Below are positions 30,967-40,626 of a stretch of 64,000 bases of DNA, piece by piece. The stretch is from Candidatus Giovannonibacteria bacterium RIFCSPHIGHO2_12_FULL_44_22. Its GTDB lineage: Bacteria > Patescibacteriota > Minisyncoccia > UBA11713 > 2-01-FULL-45-33. A program made the translations under genes and the position numbers. The notes under the pieces were generated by a model, which was given only the letters and a program-made list of their open reading frames with translations, did no database searches and was not told where the DNA came from. Where the stretch lies: positions 210-64,209 of the forward strand of contig MFHU01000004.1 in assembly GCA_001778695.1 (NCBI GenBank), in the 5' to 3' direction. Within the stretch, counting starts at the first letter, position 1; every line of letters begins with the position of its first letter.

Positions 30967-32102
30967 TGATATTTCGGATATCTCCATTTTGGGAGGCGAT
31001 AGGAATTACAGGAAGCGTGATTATTGGCTCCGGCATATTTATACTGCCTTATGCGGTGAGCATCTCCGGCCTTTGGGCGGCATTAGGCATGGGAGCGCTC
31101 GCGCTGTTTTTGGTGCTTTCAATTCATTTGGCCTACGGAGAAATAGTATCCAATACGGAGGAGCGGCACCGGCTTCCCGGATACGCGCGGCTGTATTTAG
31201 GGAAATTTGCCGGCAATTTATCCAAAGCCACCGAACTTTTGCTGTTTAACGCCGTGCTTTTGACTTACGGCATTTTAGGAGGTAAATTTCTTTCCGTGGT
31301 TTTCGGGGGGAACTCCACGGCTTGGTCGCTTCTTTTTTTTGCGGCCGCCGCTTTGGTCTTGCTCTATTCACACGTAGAGCGCATCGGCTCAATAAATTTT
31401 TTAATTATGAGCGTGGTTATATTAATGGAATTGGCCATCGCGTTTTTATCTTTTAAGGCGGGCTCTTTTTCTAATCTGCCTTTATCCGGGCGCGACCCGT
31501 TTTTTTCTTTTGGCGTGTTTGTGTTCGCGTTGGCGGGCCTTTCTATTATTGCCGACGCTAGAGAAATTTTTAGGCGGGGCAATATTGAGCATAAACTTAA
31601 ATCAGTGATTATTTTAATCACATCTCTCCCGCTTTTGCTTTATTTTATTTTTATAGTGTCAGTGCTGATGGCAACCGGCATGGACGCGACCAAGGATGTT
31701 TTTTCCGGCTTGGCCAAGGTCTTAGGCAGCCGCGTCATCATGGCCGGCGCGTTTATCGGCGCGTTTTCAATGTTTTCTTCTTTTTTGGCTTTGGGGTATG
31801 ACCTTAAAAAAATCTACGAGCTGGACATTGCCTTACCGAAGCTTATGTCTTGGGCTTTGGCGGCGCTGCTTCCCGCGGCAGTTTTTATTTTAATCAGGAT
31901 TGACTTTGTGAAATTGGTGTCTATTGTTGGCGGAATATTTATCGCAATTGATGGCATCTTGGTTTTTTTTATTTTAAGAAAAATGCGCGCGCAGGGCCTC
32001 TCGCGCGTCAAATTTCTCCCATTCGGGTTTTTACAAAGGGCGCTTCTCCTGCCCATTTTGGTTTTGAGCATAGTTTATGAAATTATTTATCAGATTTTTT
32101 AA
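30966..32102 (+). CDS. Aromatic amino acid permease family transporter
   Basis: IGSGIFILPY, many TM segments. Confidence 0.8.
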   Translation: MIFRISPFWEAIGITGSVIIGSGIFILPYAVSISGLWAALGMGALALFLVLSIHLAYGEIVSNTEERHRLPGYARLYLGKFAGNLSKATELLLFNAVLLTYGILGGKFLSVVFGGNSTAWSLLFFAAAALVLLYSHVERIGSINFLIMSVVILMELAIAFLSFKAGSFSNLPLSGRDPFFSFGVFVFALAGLSIIADAREIFRRGNIEHKLKSVIILITSLPLLLYFIFIVSVLMATGMDATKDVFSGLAKVLGSRVIMAGAFIGAFSMFSSFLALGYDLKKIYELDIALPKLMSWALAALLPAAVFILIRIDFVKLVSIVGGIFIAIDGILVFFILRKMRAQGLSRVKFLPFGFLQRALLLPILVLSIVYEIIYQIF

Positions 32103-32104
32103 AT

Positions 32105-34777
32105 ATGAATCAGTGGCACGCCAAAACAATTCCCGAAATTCTTGATGCGCTTCATTCGCGCGAACAGGGCTTAACAAAAGAAGAAGCAACGAAACGTCTC
32201 AAAGAATATGGCCAGAATTATCTTCCCGAAGGTAAGGTAACGAGCCTCCACATTATTTTTCTGCGCCAGTTCCAAAGTCCGCTGATTTACATTCTTCTTG
32301 CGGCAAGCATAATTGTTTTTGCGATGGGAGAAACAATAGACGGCTCAATCATTCTCACAGTTCTTATTTTCAATGCCATTGTCGGGACCATCCAAGAGGG
32401 CAAGGCGCAAAACACGCTTCGGGCGCTCAAGAAATTCGTAGAGACGAAAGCAACCGTGCTTCGCGAAGGAAAAGAGCTTATTATCTCTGACAGCGAAGTG
32501 GTGCCAGGCGATATTATTATTCTGCAGGAAGGCGATAAAGCGCCAGCGGACGCGCGAATCATCGCGGCCGCGAACCTCAAAATTGACGAAGCGGCTCTTA
32601 CGGGCGAATCAGAGCCGGTGCATAAAATTGCCGATACTCTGGAGAGAGATGGCTTGCCAATTACGGAGCAGAAAAACATGATTTTCAAAGGGACGCATGT
32701 TCTTGCCGGAAACGGCAGAGCGATTGTGGTGGCAACTGGCATTGAGACAGTCATTGGAAAAATTTCAAAGGAGATTGCGGCGATTGATACCGAAATTCCT
32801 CTCAAGACAAACATCCGTTATCTTTCACGGCTTATTATTATCACAGTCGCAGGTATCAGCGCTCTCTTGTTTTTTCTCGGCATTGTTTCGGGAAAATCGG
32901 TAAAAGAAATGTTTACTACTATAGTTTCGCTTTCTGTTTCTATCATCCCCGAAGGGCTGCCTATTGTGATGACATTAATACTCGCCACTGGCGTATGGAG
33001 AATGTCAAAGCGAAATGCTCTGGTAAAAAAACTTCAGGCGGTAGAAGCATTGGGGCAAGCACGCGTGATTGCGGTTGATAAAACCGGAACCATCACCAAA
33101 AACGAGATGGTAATCCAGAAAGTGTACCTGGACGGCAAATTTTTCGAAATAGGCGGCATCGGCTACGAACCGAAAGGAGCAATTCAATTAAACGGGAATG
33201 TGGTTGATTCGGTTAATCACCCAGAACTTCTTTTTGCGGGGAAAATCGCCGCTTTTTGCGCAAGCGCCCACGTGATGTTTTCTGAAGAAGAGAAAGTATG
33301 GCGCGTTGCCGGCGACCCAACTGAAGCGGCAATGCTCGTGCTCGCCCAAAAGCTCGGTTTTTACAAGGATGATTTAGAGCGGGAGTCGCCGCTTGTTGGC
33401 GAGATTCCGTTTGATTACAAACTCAAGTATCACGCGACGATTCACCGATTTGACGGCCAAAAGTTTTTAGCCGTTGTTGGCGCGCCGGAAGTAATTTTAA
33501 ACCTTTCTCAAATATCAAAAGAAGAAAAACAAAAATTGGAATCTGTTTTTCTCTCTATGTCGCAAGAAGGGTTGCGGATTATCGCGTTAGCTGAAACTCG
33601 CGACGCGCCGGAAATACTTGCGCCAGAAGAAATTAAATCACTTACTTTTGTAGGATTTTTCGGCATGAAAGACGCGCTTCGGCCAGAGGTGGCGGGAGCT
33701 ATGCAAAAAGCGGTTTCTGCCGGCATCCGAGTGGTAATGATAACAGGAGATCATAAAGTTACGGCGCGGGCGATCGCCAAAGAGGCCGGCATTTATCAAG
33801 ATGGCGATACTATTCTTACAGGACAAGACATTGACGCTTTTTCCGACAACGAGCTTTCCGAAAAATTGGCCGGAACCTCGGTATTCGCGCGAGTAACGCC
33901 GGAACACAAATTGAGAATTATCAAGGCGTATAAGGCGCGCGGGGAAATTGTCGCCATGACCGGAGACGGCGTAAATGACGCCCCCTCGCTCGTTGCCGCC
34001 GACCTTGGCGTGGCAATGGGAAAGATCGGCACGGAGGTGGCAAAAGAAGCTTCGGATATAGTGCTTCTTGACGACAACTTTGGAAGCATTGTTTCTGCAG
34101 TAGAAGAAGGGCGAAGTATTTACAAAACAATTAAAAAAGTAATCCTCTATCTCTTCTCCACCAGCTTGGGAGAAGCGTTGACCATCACAGGCGCGCTTCT
34201 CTTGGGTTATCCTCTCCCTCTTTTGCCGGCGCAGATTATTTGGCTCAACTTTGTTACCGATGGTTTCCTTGATGTGGCGCTTGCCATGGAGCCGAAAGAA
34301 GAAGGACTGCTTCGCGGCAACTTCGAGCGGCCCAAAAAGTATCTGGTAGACAAACTTATGGCGCAGAGAATGTTTATCATGGCTATACCTATGATGATTG
34401 GAACACTGTTTCTTTTTCAGAAATATTTTTCCGCCGGAGGCGGATCCGCCTTTGGCGGAGAAAACGATCTTGCCAAGGCTTGGACAATTTCGCTCACCAC
34501 ACTCGCGGTATTTCAATGGTTCAACGCCTGGAACTGCCGGCACGAATCAAAATCCATTTTCCAAATGAATCCCTTTTCCAACAAATTCTTGGTGGGGGCA
34601 ACGCTTATCATTATCTCCTTGCAGCTTTTAGTGATTTATAATCCGCTCATGCAAAAAATTCTCCGAACCATCGAACTCTCTTTTTCAGAATGGGCGATTA
34701 TTATTCCGATTGCCGCTTCTATCGTTCTTGTCGAGGAAATAAGAAAATTCTTTTATCGGAGAAAAATGGTAACATGA
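32105..34777 (+). CDS. Cation-transporting P-type ATPase (Ca2+-type)
   Basis: TGES, PEGLP, DKTGT, TGDGVNDAP. Confidence 0.96.
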   Translation: MNQWHAKTIPEILDALHSREQGLTKEEATKRLKEYGQNYLPEGKVTSLHIIFLRQFQSPLIYILLAASIIVFAMGETIDGSIILTVLIFNAIVGTIQEGKAQNTLRALKKFVETKATVLREGKELIISDSEVVPGDIIILQEGDKAPADARIIAAANLKIDEAALTGESEPVHKIADTLERDGLPITEQKNMIFKGTHVLAGNGRAIVVATGIETVIGKISKEIAAIDTEIPLKTNIRYLSRLIIITVAGISALLFFLGIVSGKSVKEMFTTIVSLSVSIIPEGLPIVMTLILATGVWRMSKRNALVKKLQAVEALGQARVIAVDKTGTITKNEMVIQKVYLDGKFFEIGGIGYEPKGAIQLNGNVVDSVNHPELLFAGKIAAFCASAHVMFSEEEKVWRVAGDPTEAAMLVLAQKLGFYKDDLERESPLVGEIPFDYKLKYHATIHRFDGQKFLAVVGAPEVILNLSQISKEEKQKLESVFLSMSQEGLRIIALAETRDAPEILAPEEIKSLTFVGFFGMKDALRPEVAGAMQKAVSAGIRVVMITGDHKVTARAIAKEAGIYQDGDTILTGQDIDAFSDNELSEKLAGTSVFARVTPEHKLRIIKAYKARGEIVAMTGDGVNDAPSLVAADLGVAMGKIGTEVAKEASDIVLLDDNFGSIVSAVEEGRSIYKTIKKVILYLFSTSLGEALTITGALLLGYPLPLLPAQIIWLNFVTDGFLDVALAMEPKEEGLLRGNFERPKKYLVDKLMAQRMFIMAIPMMIGTLFLFQKYFSAGGGSAFGGENDLAKAWTISLTTLAVFQWFNAWNCRHESKSIFQMNPFSNKFLVGATLIIISLQLLVIYNPLMQKILRTIELSFSEWAIIIPIAASIVLVEEIRKFFYRRKMVT
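34430..34459 (+). repeat. 30-bp double-hairpin in-frame insertion (SAGGGSAFGG)
   Basis: TCCGCCGGAGGCGGA-TCCGCCTTTGGCGGA. Confidence 0.85.
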
Positions 34778-34962
34778 ATATAAAAATCACGATCAAAAAA
34801 ATAATCGGTGTTCTCTTAATCGTTATTGGTTTGCTTGCCCTTATAACTCCTTTTACGCCGGGCTCGTGGCTTATTTTTATAGGTTTAGAGTTTTTTGGCT
34901 TTCGCGTTTTGTTTTGGGATAGATTAAAGGCATGGTTTAGCAACAAACAAAAACATGATTGA
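34774..34962 (+). CDS. Small membrane protein
   Basis: IG..LI.IG...TPFTPGSWLIFIG; start at ATG 34774. Confidence 0.7.
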   Translation: MNIKITIKKIIGVLLIVIGLLALITPFTPGSWLIFIGLEFFGFRVLFWDRLKAWFSNKQKHD

Positions 34963-35569
34963 TTTACTAATTGGTTTTGATCTCGTTGCGATTATAAAAT
35001 CGGTTGGATATATCGGCCTTTTTACCATAATTTTTGCGGAGTCGGGTCTCTTTATCGGATTTTTCCTGCCGGGCGATTCTTTACTTTTTACTGCGGGTTT
35101 CTTGGCCTCGCAGGGTTTCTTGAATATCTGGCTTCTTTCTTTGCTCACTTTTTTTGGGGCCATTTTAGGAGATAATTTCGGCTATGCTTTCGGGAAAAAA
35201 GTTGGGCCGGCGATTTTTAAGCGCGAAGATTCGTGGTTTTTCCATAAAGACCACTTGGAGCGCGCTAGGATTTTTTATGAAAAGCATGGAGCAAAAACTT
35301 TGGTGCTTGCCCGTTTTTTGCCGATTATCCGCACTTTCGCACCGATTTTGGCCGGAGTCGGCCAGATGCATTATCGGACATTCTTTTTTTATAATGTTTT
35401 TGGTGGCTTTCTTTGGGCGATTGGAATGACCTGGCTGGGCTATTTCTTGGGCGCCACAGTTCCTAACATAGACAAATATCTTATCCCGATAATTTTAGCG
35501 ATTATTATTGTTTCTGTTTTGCCAACACTAATTCATATTTTAAGAAATAGAAATTACACACGGAAATAA
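34955..35569 (+). CDS. DedA/VTT family membrane protein
   Basis: FAESGL..GFFLPGDSLLF, ARF.P..RTF. Confidence 0.93.
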   Translation: MIDLLIGFDLVAIIKSVGYIGLFTIIFAESGLFIGFFLPGDSLLFTAGFLASQGFLNIWLLSLLTFFGAILGDNFGYAFGKKVGPAIFKREDSWFFHKDHLERARIFYEKHGAKTLVLARFLPIIRTFAPILAGVGQMHYRTFFFYNVFGGFLWAIGMTWLGYFLGATVPNIDKYLIPIILAIIIVSVLPTLIHILRNRNYTRK

Positions 35570-35591
35570 AATTGATGTTTACAGAAACCAA

Positions 35592-35628
35592 ACTAAACAA
35601 TATTAACCGATCGGCACAATTGTTTAGT
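35592..35628. repeat. 37-bp palindrome A upstream of the PaaX-like gene
   Basis: ACTAAACA-N8-CGATCG-N7-TGTTTAGT. Confidence 0.8.
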
Positions 35629-35636
35629 ATAGATAT

Positions 35637-36200
35637 ATGAAATCAAATAGGAAGATTTTAAAGAGAAATCCTGTTTTTATAAGGCCGACCATAGCCGCTC
35701 TTATTCTTAAAAAGCTTACCGAGGTTGGCTACGGCACAATAAATGCATTTTTTCCGGCAAAATATCCAGAAGCTAGAATATGGAGGCGGATTTTGGGGCT
35801 GGATAAAACTTACAAGTTTTCCAAACAAACTTTCCATTCCGTACTATGGCGTCTTCAAAAACAAAAACTTGTTGAACGCGATATTAAAGGATGGAATATT
35901 ACGGAGTTGGGGCGAAAATTGGTTGGCAAGGTAAAATATACTCCGCAAGCCGCTTTGCCAAAAGAGGATGGTATTATTCGGCTTGTAATTTTTGATATAC
36001 CAGAATATGAGAGAAAGAAACGTGTTTGGCTGCGGTTGGAATTGATTGCCCACAGATTTAAGATTTTACAAAAAAGCGTGTGGATAGGTTATCGCCCTTT
36101 ACCGCAGGAATTATTAGAATCTTTGGAAGATTTAAGTCTGCAAAAATTTGTTCACATTATCAGTATTGAGCACTCTGGCACCTTAGAAAATGCTGACTAA
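35637..36200 (+). CDS. PaaX-like wHTH / Cas2-like domain protein
   Basis: wHTH (L..L.K.KLV...ITELG) followed by LVIFDIPE..R..R..LR..L....F..LQKSVW. Confidence 0.82.
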   Translation: MKSNRKILKRNPVFIRPTIAALILKKLTEVGYGTINAFFPAKYPEARIWRRILGLDKTYKFSKQTFHSVLWRLQKQKLVERDIKGWNITELGRKLVGKVKYTPQAALPKEDGIIRLVIFDIPEYERKKRVWLRLELIAHRFKILQKSVWIGYRPLPQELLESLEDLSLQKFVHIISIEHSGTLENAD

Positions 36201-36232
36201 ACATTTATAACGATCGGACAAAAATGTTTAGT
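36196..36232. repeat. 37-bp palindrome B at the stop of the PaaX-like gene
   Basis: ACTAAACA-N7-CGATCG-N8-TGTTTAGT. Confidence 0.8.
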
Positions 36233-36289
36233 AGTTATTTTTTAATAAACTAAGTTGTTTTTTGGCTTGGGCGGTGATAAAGTAGCAAT

Positions 36290-36826
36290 ATGATCAGAAT
36301 CCTCATTATAAATGCGTCTCCTAAAATTAAAGGACATACCAGTGGACTTCTGGAAATTTTTAAACGGGAAGCTCAAAAAAGAGGAGCAAAAATTGATGTG
36401 CTGTTTCTTTATCATGAAAAAGTTAAGCCGATTAGCGGAAAATTAGGCAAAAAATTTGATTCGATCCCAAAATTCTTGAAAAAAGTTTTAGATGCCGACG
36501 GTGTAGTTATTGGAACACCAACTTATTGGTTTAACGTGCCGGGGACTTTGAAAAATTTTATTGATCAACTTACTATTTTAGAAGAAAGCGGATTTTTGTT
36601 AGAAGGGAAAGTTGCTGGATTTATAGTTTATGCCCCTCAGGGTGGCAGTACGAATGTGCTTTCCGGTCTCGCGCTCACCGCTTCTCATATGGGTATGGTT
36701 CTCCCGCCCTATTCGCTAATTTTTGATGATGGCAGAAAGGACAAATGGGTTAAAGACGATATTAAACTTTTGGCAAAGAATATGCTTTTGCAGATTAAAG
36801 CTCAAAAAGATTTTGATATTAACTAA
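36290..36826 (+). CDS. Flavodoxin / NADPH-dependent FMN reductase family
   Basis: INASP...GHT, ADG..IGTPTYW..VPG.LKNFID. Confidence 0.88.
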   Translation: MIRILIINASPKIKGHTSGLLEIFKREAQKRGAKIDVLFLYHEKVKPISGKLGKKFDSIPKFLKKVLDADGVVIGTPTYWFNVPGTLKNFIDQLTILEESGFLLEGKVAGFIVYAPQGGSTNVLSGLALTASHMGMVLPPYSLIFDDGRKDKWVKDDIKLLAKNMLLQIKAQKDFDIN

Positions 36827-36830
36827 GGTT

Positions 36831-37418
36831 ATGGAAAATAAAAAGGAGGCGTTAGATAAATTAAAAAAAGAAATGGAGGACGATAAAGAACTGCCGCTTT
36901 ATGGCCAAGCCAATTTGGTTTTTGGGGAAGGAAACTCGGAAGCGGAGGTAATGTTTATCGGAGAAGCCCCTGGGTTTCATGAGGACAAATTTATGCGCCC
37001 GTTTGTGGGGCAAGCCGGAAAACTTTTGGATAAGCTTTTTGTTTTGATTAACTGGCCGCGCGAGTCGGTTTATATTACCAATATCGTAAAACGGCGTCCG
37101 CCGGAAAACCGCGACCCTTTACCGGAGGAAATTGAGGCCTATAAATCTTATTTAAAAAAACAAATCCAAGTTATCAACCCAAAGATTATCGCAACCTTGG
37201 GAAGATTTTCAATGAATTATTTTCTGCCTGATTTTAAAATCTCTCAAAGCCATGGAAAGGGCGTCATATTGCGCGGAAAAATTATTTATCCTTTATATCA
37301 TCCCGCCGCCGCTTTGCGCGCCACGGCTATTCTTAAAGAATTAGAGGCGGATTTTAAAAAACTACCTACATTACTAAAAAATTACGATAATGTTAAAGCG
37401 GAGGCAAAGATAGAATAA
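36831..37418 (+). CDS. Uracil-DNA glycosylase family 4
   Basis: GEAPG..ED...PFVG.AG, TNIVK.RPP.NR, YHPAA; start at ATG 36831. Confidence 0.93.
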   Translation: MENKKEALDKLKKEMEDDKELPLYGQANLVFGEGNSEAEVMFIGEAPGFHEDKFMRPFVGQAGKLLDKLFVLINWPRESVYITNIVKRRPPENRDPLPEEIEAYKSYLKKQIQVINPKIIATLGRFSMNYFLPDFKISQSHGKGVILRGKIIYPLYHPAAALRATAILKELEADFKKLPTLLKNYDNVKAEAKIE

Positions 37419-37459
37419 CCAACAAAACAGACTTCACTTTTCTAGTTTTATCGGTTATT

Positions 37460-37720
37460 ATGGGCTATATGCCAACATTAACCATTACATTACCGCCCGC
37501 ATATTCGGAAAAAGCAAAAGAGCAGGCAAAAAGGGAGGGGTTTAAAAGCCCTGCCCTTTGGTTGCGGTTTTTAGTTGAAAGTCGCGTTAGCTTTGAAGAA
37601 TCTCCAAAACTTAAACCGTCACGAGTTATTTCTGAAATGCAAAAGGCCGGCCTTTATAAGGCAAACTTTCTGCGCGAATTAAAAAAATCTTTGGAGTATG
37701 CAGATAAGACCTATAAATGA
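37460..37720 (+). CDS. Putative antitoxin
   Basis: Small ORF overlapping a downstream RelE-like toxin; start may be ATG 37469. Confidence 0.6.
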   Translation: MGYMPTLTITLPPAYSEKAKEQAKREGFKSPALWLRFLVESRVSFEESPKLKPSRVISEMQKAGLYKANFLRELKKSLEYADKTYK

Positions 37721-37946
37721 GCTTGTTAAGAAACAGCTTGCAAAATGGAAGCTCTCCAGAAAATTTGAAAAGCAAATCAGAATTTTTGAGGTTGACCCAT
37801 CTCATACCAGTTTAAATACAGAAAAATTAGAGCCCAAATCAGTCGGGCTTTATTCTTTTAGAATAGATAAAAAATACCGCGCAATGTTTAGAATTAGAGA
37901 TGGCATTGCCGAGATAGTGCATATAACAAAACATTATCAGCAATAA
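37698..37946 (+). CDS. RelE/ParE-superfamily toxin
   Basis: P.H.SL..EKL...YSFRI..KYRA.F. Confidence 0.78.
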   Translation: MQIRPINELVKKQLAKWKLSRKFEKQIRIFEVDPSHTSLNTEKLEPKSVGLYSFRIDKKYRAMFRIRDGIAEIVHITKHYQQ

Positions 37947-37965
37947 AATTTGATATAATTTAAAG

Positions 37966-38622
37966 ATGCGCATCAAAATCAATATCACCGTAAACCGTGC
38001 CGTGCAGATTTTGCTTTTGTATCTGTTTTTCGTGGTGACATCCACCGCTCTTTTTGTGCCGATTTTTGCGGTATTCGTCACAGATTTTATCGGCGGCGCA
38101 ACTTTAAAAACTGTGGGTTTCGCGCTCGGGCTTTATGCGGTTGCGAAGTCCGTTTTGCAAGTTCCTCTGGCGAGATTTTTAGATAAACACAATGGCGAAC
38201 GCGACGATTTTTACGCTTTAATCACCGGCGCGATTGTCGCGGTCATTTATCCATTCGCGCTTCTGGGCGTTTCTAAAGTCTGGCATCTTTACGCGCTGGA
38301 AGCCTTTGTGGGCTTGGGAGACGCGGCGCTTATGGCCGCATATTATTCTTTGTTTGCGCGCCATGTGGATAAAGGAGCGGAGGGATTTGAATGGAGTTTA
38401 TTTAGCGTAGGCGGGCTGACAATTTCCAGCGCTATCGGAGGAGCGATTGGCGGAGTTTTGGCCGACGCTTTCGGATTTAAATTATTGTTTTTGATAAGCG
38501 GTATTGTGAATCTCGCGGTGCTTTTTTTGTTGATTCGTCTCTATCCCTTGCTTGACGGCGCCCGCCCAGTATCTTTGCCGCCGTTTACGCCGATTCCAAA
38601 AAATCCGATAACAAAACATTAA
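37966..38622 (+). CDS. Half-size MFS-type membrane protein
   Basis: About 6 TM segments, GG.LAD.FGF motif. Confidence 0.75.
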   Translation: MRIKINITVNRAVQILLLYLFFVVTSTALFVPIFAVFVTDFIGGATLKTVGFALGLYAVAKSVLQVPLARFLDKHNGERDDFYALITGAIVAVIYPFALLGVSKVWHLYALEAFVGLGDAALMAAYYSLFARHVDKGAEGFEWSLFSVGGLTISSAIGGAIGGVLADAFGFKLLFLISGIVNLAVLFLLIRLYPLLDGARPVSLPPFTPIPKNPITKH

Positions 38623-38896
38623 AGCAAAACTCCCTGTGCTATGACAGGGGTTGCGAGATTGATTATGGTTTGTTGTTTAAGAACAAATTATTTCGGTGCG
38701 AGCAAATGGCACACTGGTGCTCGATCGGAGCGCGTTTTGGCTTTAAAAAGCCATGTTTTAATACGCTATTTGCTTGCGCCAGCTCGATAAACAAGCGAAA
38801 ATAAATCTACTTTCATTATCCCAACAAATGAAAACTCGCGCAACATGGGGCTGTGGATAACATACAACCCTCGCTTTTTGGTGTTAAAATAATCTT

Positions 38897-40621
38897 ATGA
38901 CCAATCAGGAAATCGCTAAAATTTTGCGGGAGATGGCGGAGCTCTATGAAATGGAGGATGTGCTTTTCAAGCCGCGCGCTTATGAAAAAGCCGCTTCTGG
39001 CGTGGAAGCTTTGGACAAGGAAATTAAAGAAATTTTCAAAGCAGAGGGCGAAAAAAGTTTGCTCAAAATTCCTGGCGTTGGGCAAGGGATCGCCTTTCAT
39101 ATTTCGGAGCTTTTAAAAAAGGGACATTTTCAAGAATACGACCGGCTCAAGAAAAAAACTCCTGTAAATATTTCGGAACTATCCACGATTGAGGGTGTTG
39201 GCCCAAAAATGATAAAAATTTTATACCAAAAATTAAAAATAAAAAATTTAAAAGATTTAGAACGCGCAGCTCAAGCCGGCAAAATCGCGAAGCTCTCCCG
39301 TTTCGGCAAAAAATCAGAAGAGAAAATTTTAAAAGGCATAGAATTTTTGAAAAAATCCGGCGGCCGGCAAGTTTTAGGGTTTTTACTTCCGGAAATCAGG
39401 GCTTTGGAAAAAATGATTCAAAATTTTCCTGAAGTTGAGGAGGCGATCGTGGCCGGCTCTGTCAGAAGAAGAAAAGAGACAATCGGCGATATTGATATTT
39501 TGGCGATTTCCAAAAAACCGGAGAAAGTAATGGAGCGCTTTATAACTTTGCCTCAAGTGGCGCATGTTTATGCCAAAGGCAAAACTAAAACAATGATTAA
39601 ATTAAAAAACGATTTGGACGCGGATTTACGCGTCGTACCCAAAGAATCATACGGGGCGGCGCTTAATTATTTTACCGGTTCCAAAGATCACAATGTGGCT
39701 TTGAGAGAGACGGCAATTAAACGAGGATGGAAATTAAACGAATATGGGCTGTGGCGCGGCAAAAAACAGGTCGCCGGTCGCACGGAGGAAGAAATTTATA
39801 AAGCGCTGGGGTTCCATTATATTGAACCGGAGATGAGAGAAAATAATGGCGAGTTGGCATTAGCCAAGGCCGGCAAATTGCCGAAACTGATTGGCTACGG
39901 AGATTTACTGGGAGATTTACAAACGCAGACAAATTGGACCGACGGCGAGGACTCAATTGAAAAAATGGCTGAGGAAGCCGAAAAGTTTGGCTTGGAATAT
40001 ATTGTGATAACCGACCACACAAAATCTTTGGCAATGACCGGCGGCGCGGACGAAAAAAAATTGCTGAAGCAGATGGCGGAGATTGATAAAATTAATCTTA
40101 AATTGAAAATTAAAAATTGTAAATTGAAAATTCTTAAGGGCGCGGAGGTGAATATCGGAAAAGACGGCTCTTTGGATATTAAAGATGAGGTTTTGAAAAA
40201 ATTAGATGTGGTCGGGGCGGCTGTGCACAGCCATTTTAAGCTTTCTCGTAATGAGGAGACCAAGCGCGTAATCCGGGCGATGGAAAATCCCAATGTGGAC
40301 ATAATTTTTCACCTGACCGGCAGGATTATAAACCGCCGGGAGCCGATTGAAATTGATATTGATGAAATTATAAAAGCCGCCAAGCGCACCGGCACGGTTT
40401 TGGAAATTGACGCTTTTCCTGACAGGTTAGACATTAAGGATGATTATATAAAAAAGTGCGTGGAAGCGGGCGTGAAAATGTCCATTGATTCCGACGCGCA
40501 TTCAGCCGCGCATTTTAAATTTTTAGAAATCGGCATTGCTCAAGCTCGCCGCGGCTGGGCGGAGAAAAGCGACATAATAAACGCCTGGCCGTTGGAAAAA
40601 ATGCTGAAAATGCTAAAGTAG
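38897..40621 (+). CDS. polX: DNA polymerase X / PHP domain protein
   Basis: HhH motifs, GS.RR.KETIGDIDIL, FTGSK.HN, PHP TDH and SDAH. Confidence 0.95.
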   Translation: MTNQEIAKILREMAELYEMEDVLFKPRAYEKAASGVEALDKEIKEIFKAEGEKSLLKIPGVGQGIAFHISELLKKGHFQEYDRLKKKTPVNISELSTIEGVGPKMIKILYQKLKIKNLKDLERAAQAGKIAKLSRFGKKSEEKILKGIEFLKKSGGRQVLGFLLPEIRALEKMIQNFPEVEEAIVAGSVRRRKETIGDIDILAISKKPEKVMERFITLPQVAHVYAKGKTKTMIKLKNDLDADLRVVPKESYGAALNYFTGSKDHNVALRETAIKRGWKLNEYGLWRGKKQVAGRTEEEIYKALGFHYIEPEMRENNGELALAKAGKLPKLIGYGDLLGDLQTQTNWTDGEDSIEKMAEEAEKFGLEYIVITDHTKSLAMTGGADEKKLLKQMAEIDKINLKLKIKNCKLKILKGAEVNIGKDGSLDIKDEVLKKLDVVGAAVHSHFKLSRNEETKRVIRAMENPNVDIIFHLTGRIINRREPIEIDIDEIIKAAKRTGTVLEIDAFPDRLDIKDDYIKKCVEAGVKMSIDSDAHSAAHFKFLEIGIAQARRGWAEKSDIINAWPLEKMLKMLK

Positions 40622-40626
40622 AAACA

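Noticed and set aside
33638-34543. 301-aa antisense ORF, and other shadow ORFs in the track
   Set aside because: Lie opposite well-supported genes and have no recognisable motifs
35592-36232. CRISPR array or cas locus
   Set aside because: Only two imperfect 37-bp repeats about 570 bp apart with a gene between them; no spacers and no cas1 or effector genes
38626-38850. Possible minus-strand ORF with CxxC before a terminator-like hairpin
   Set aside because: No convincing start codon or SD in the longer frame
38852-38860. DnaA box (TTATCCACA on the minus strand)
   Set aside because: Single box, with no cluster or dnaA nearby; not evidence for oriC
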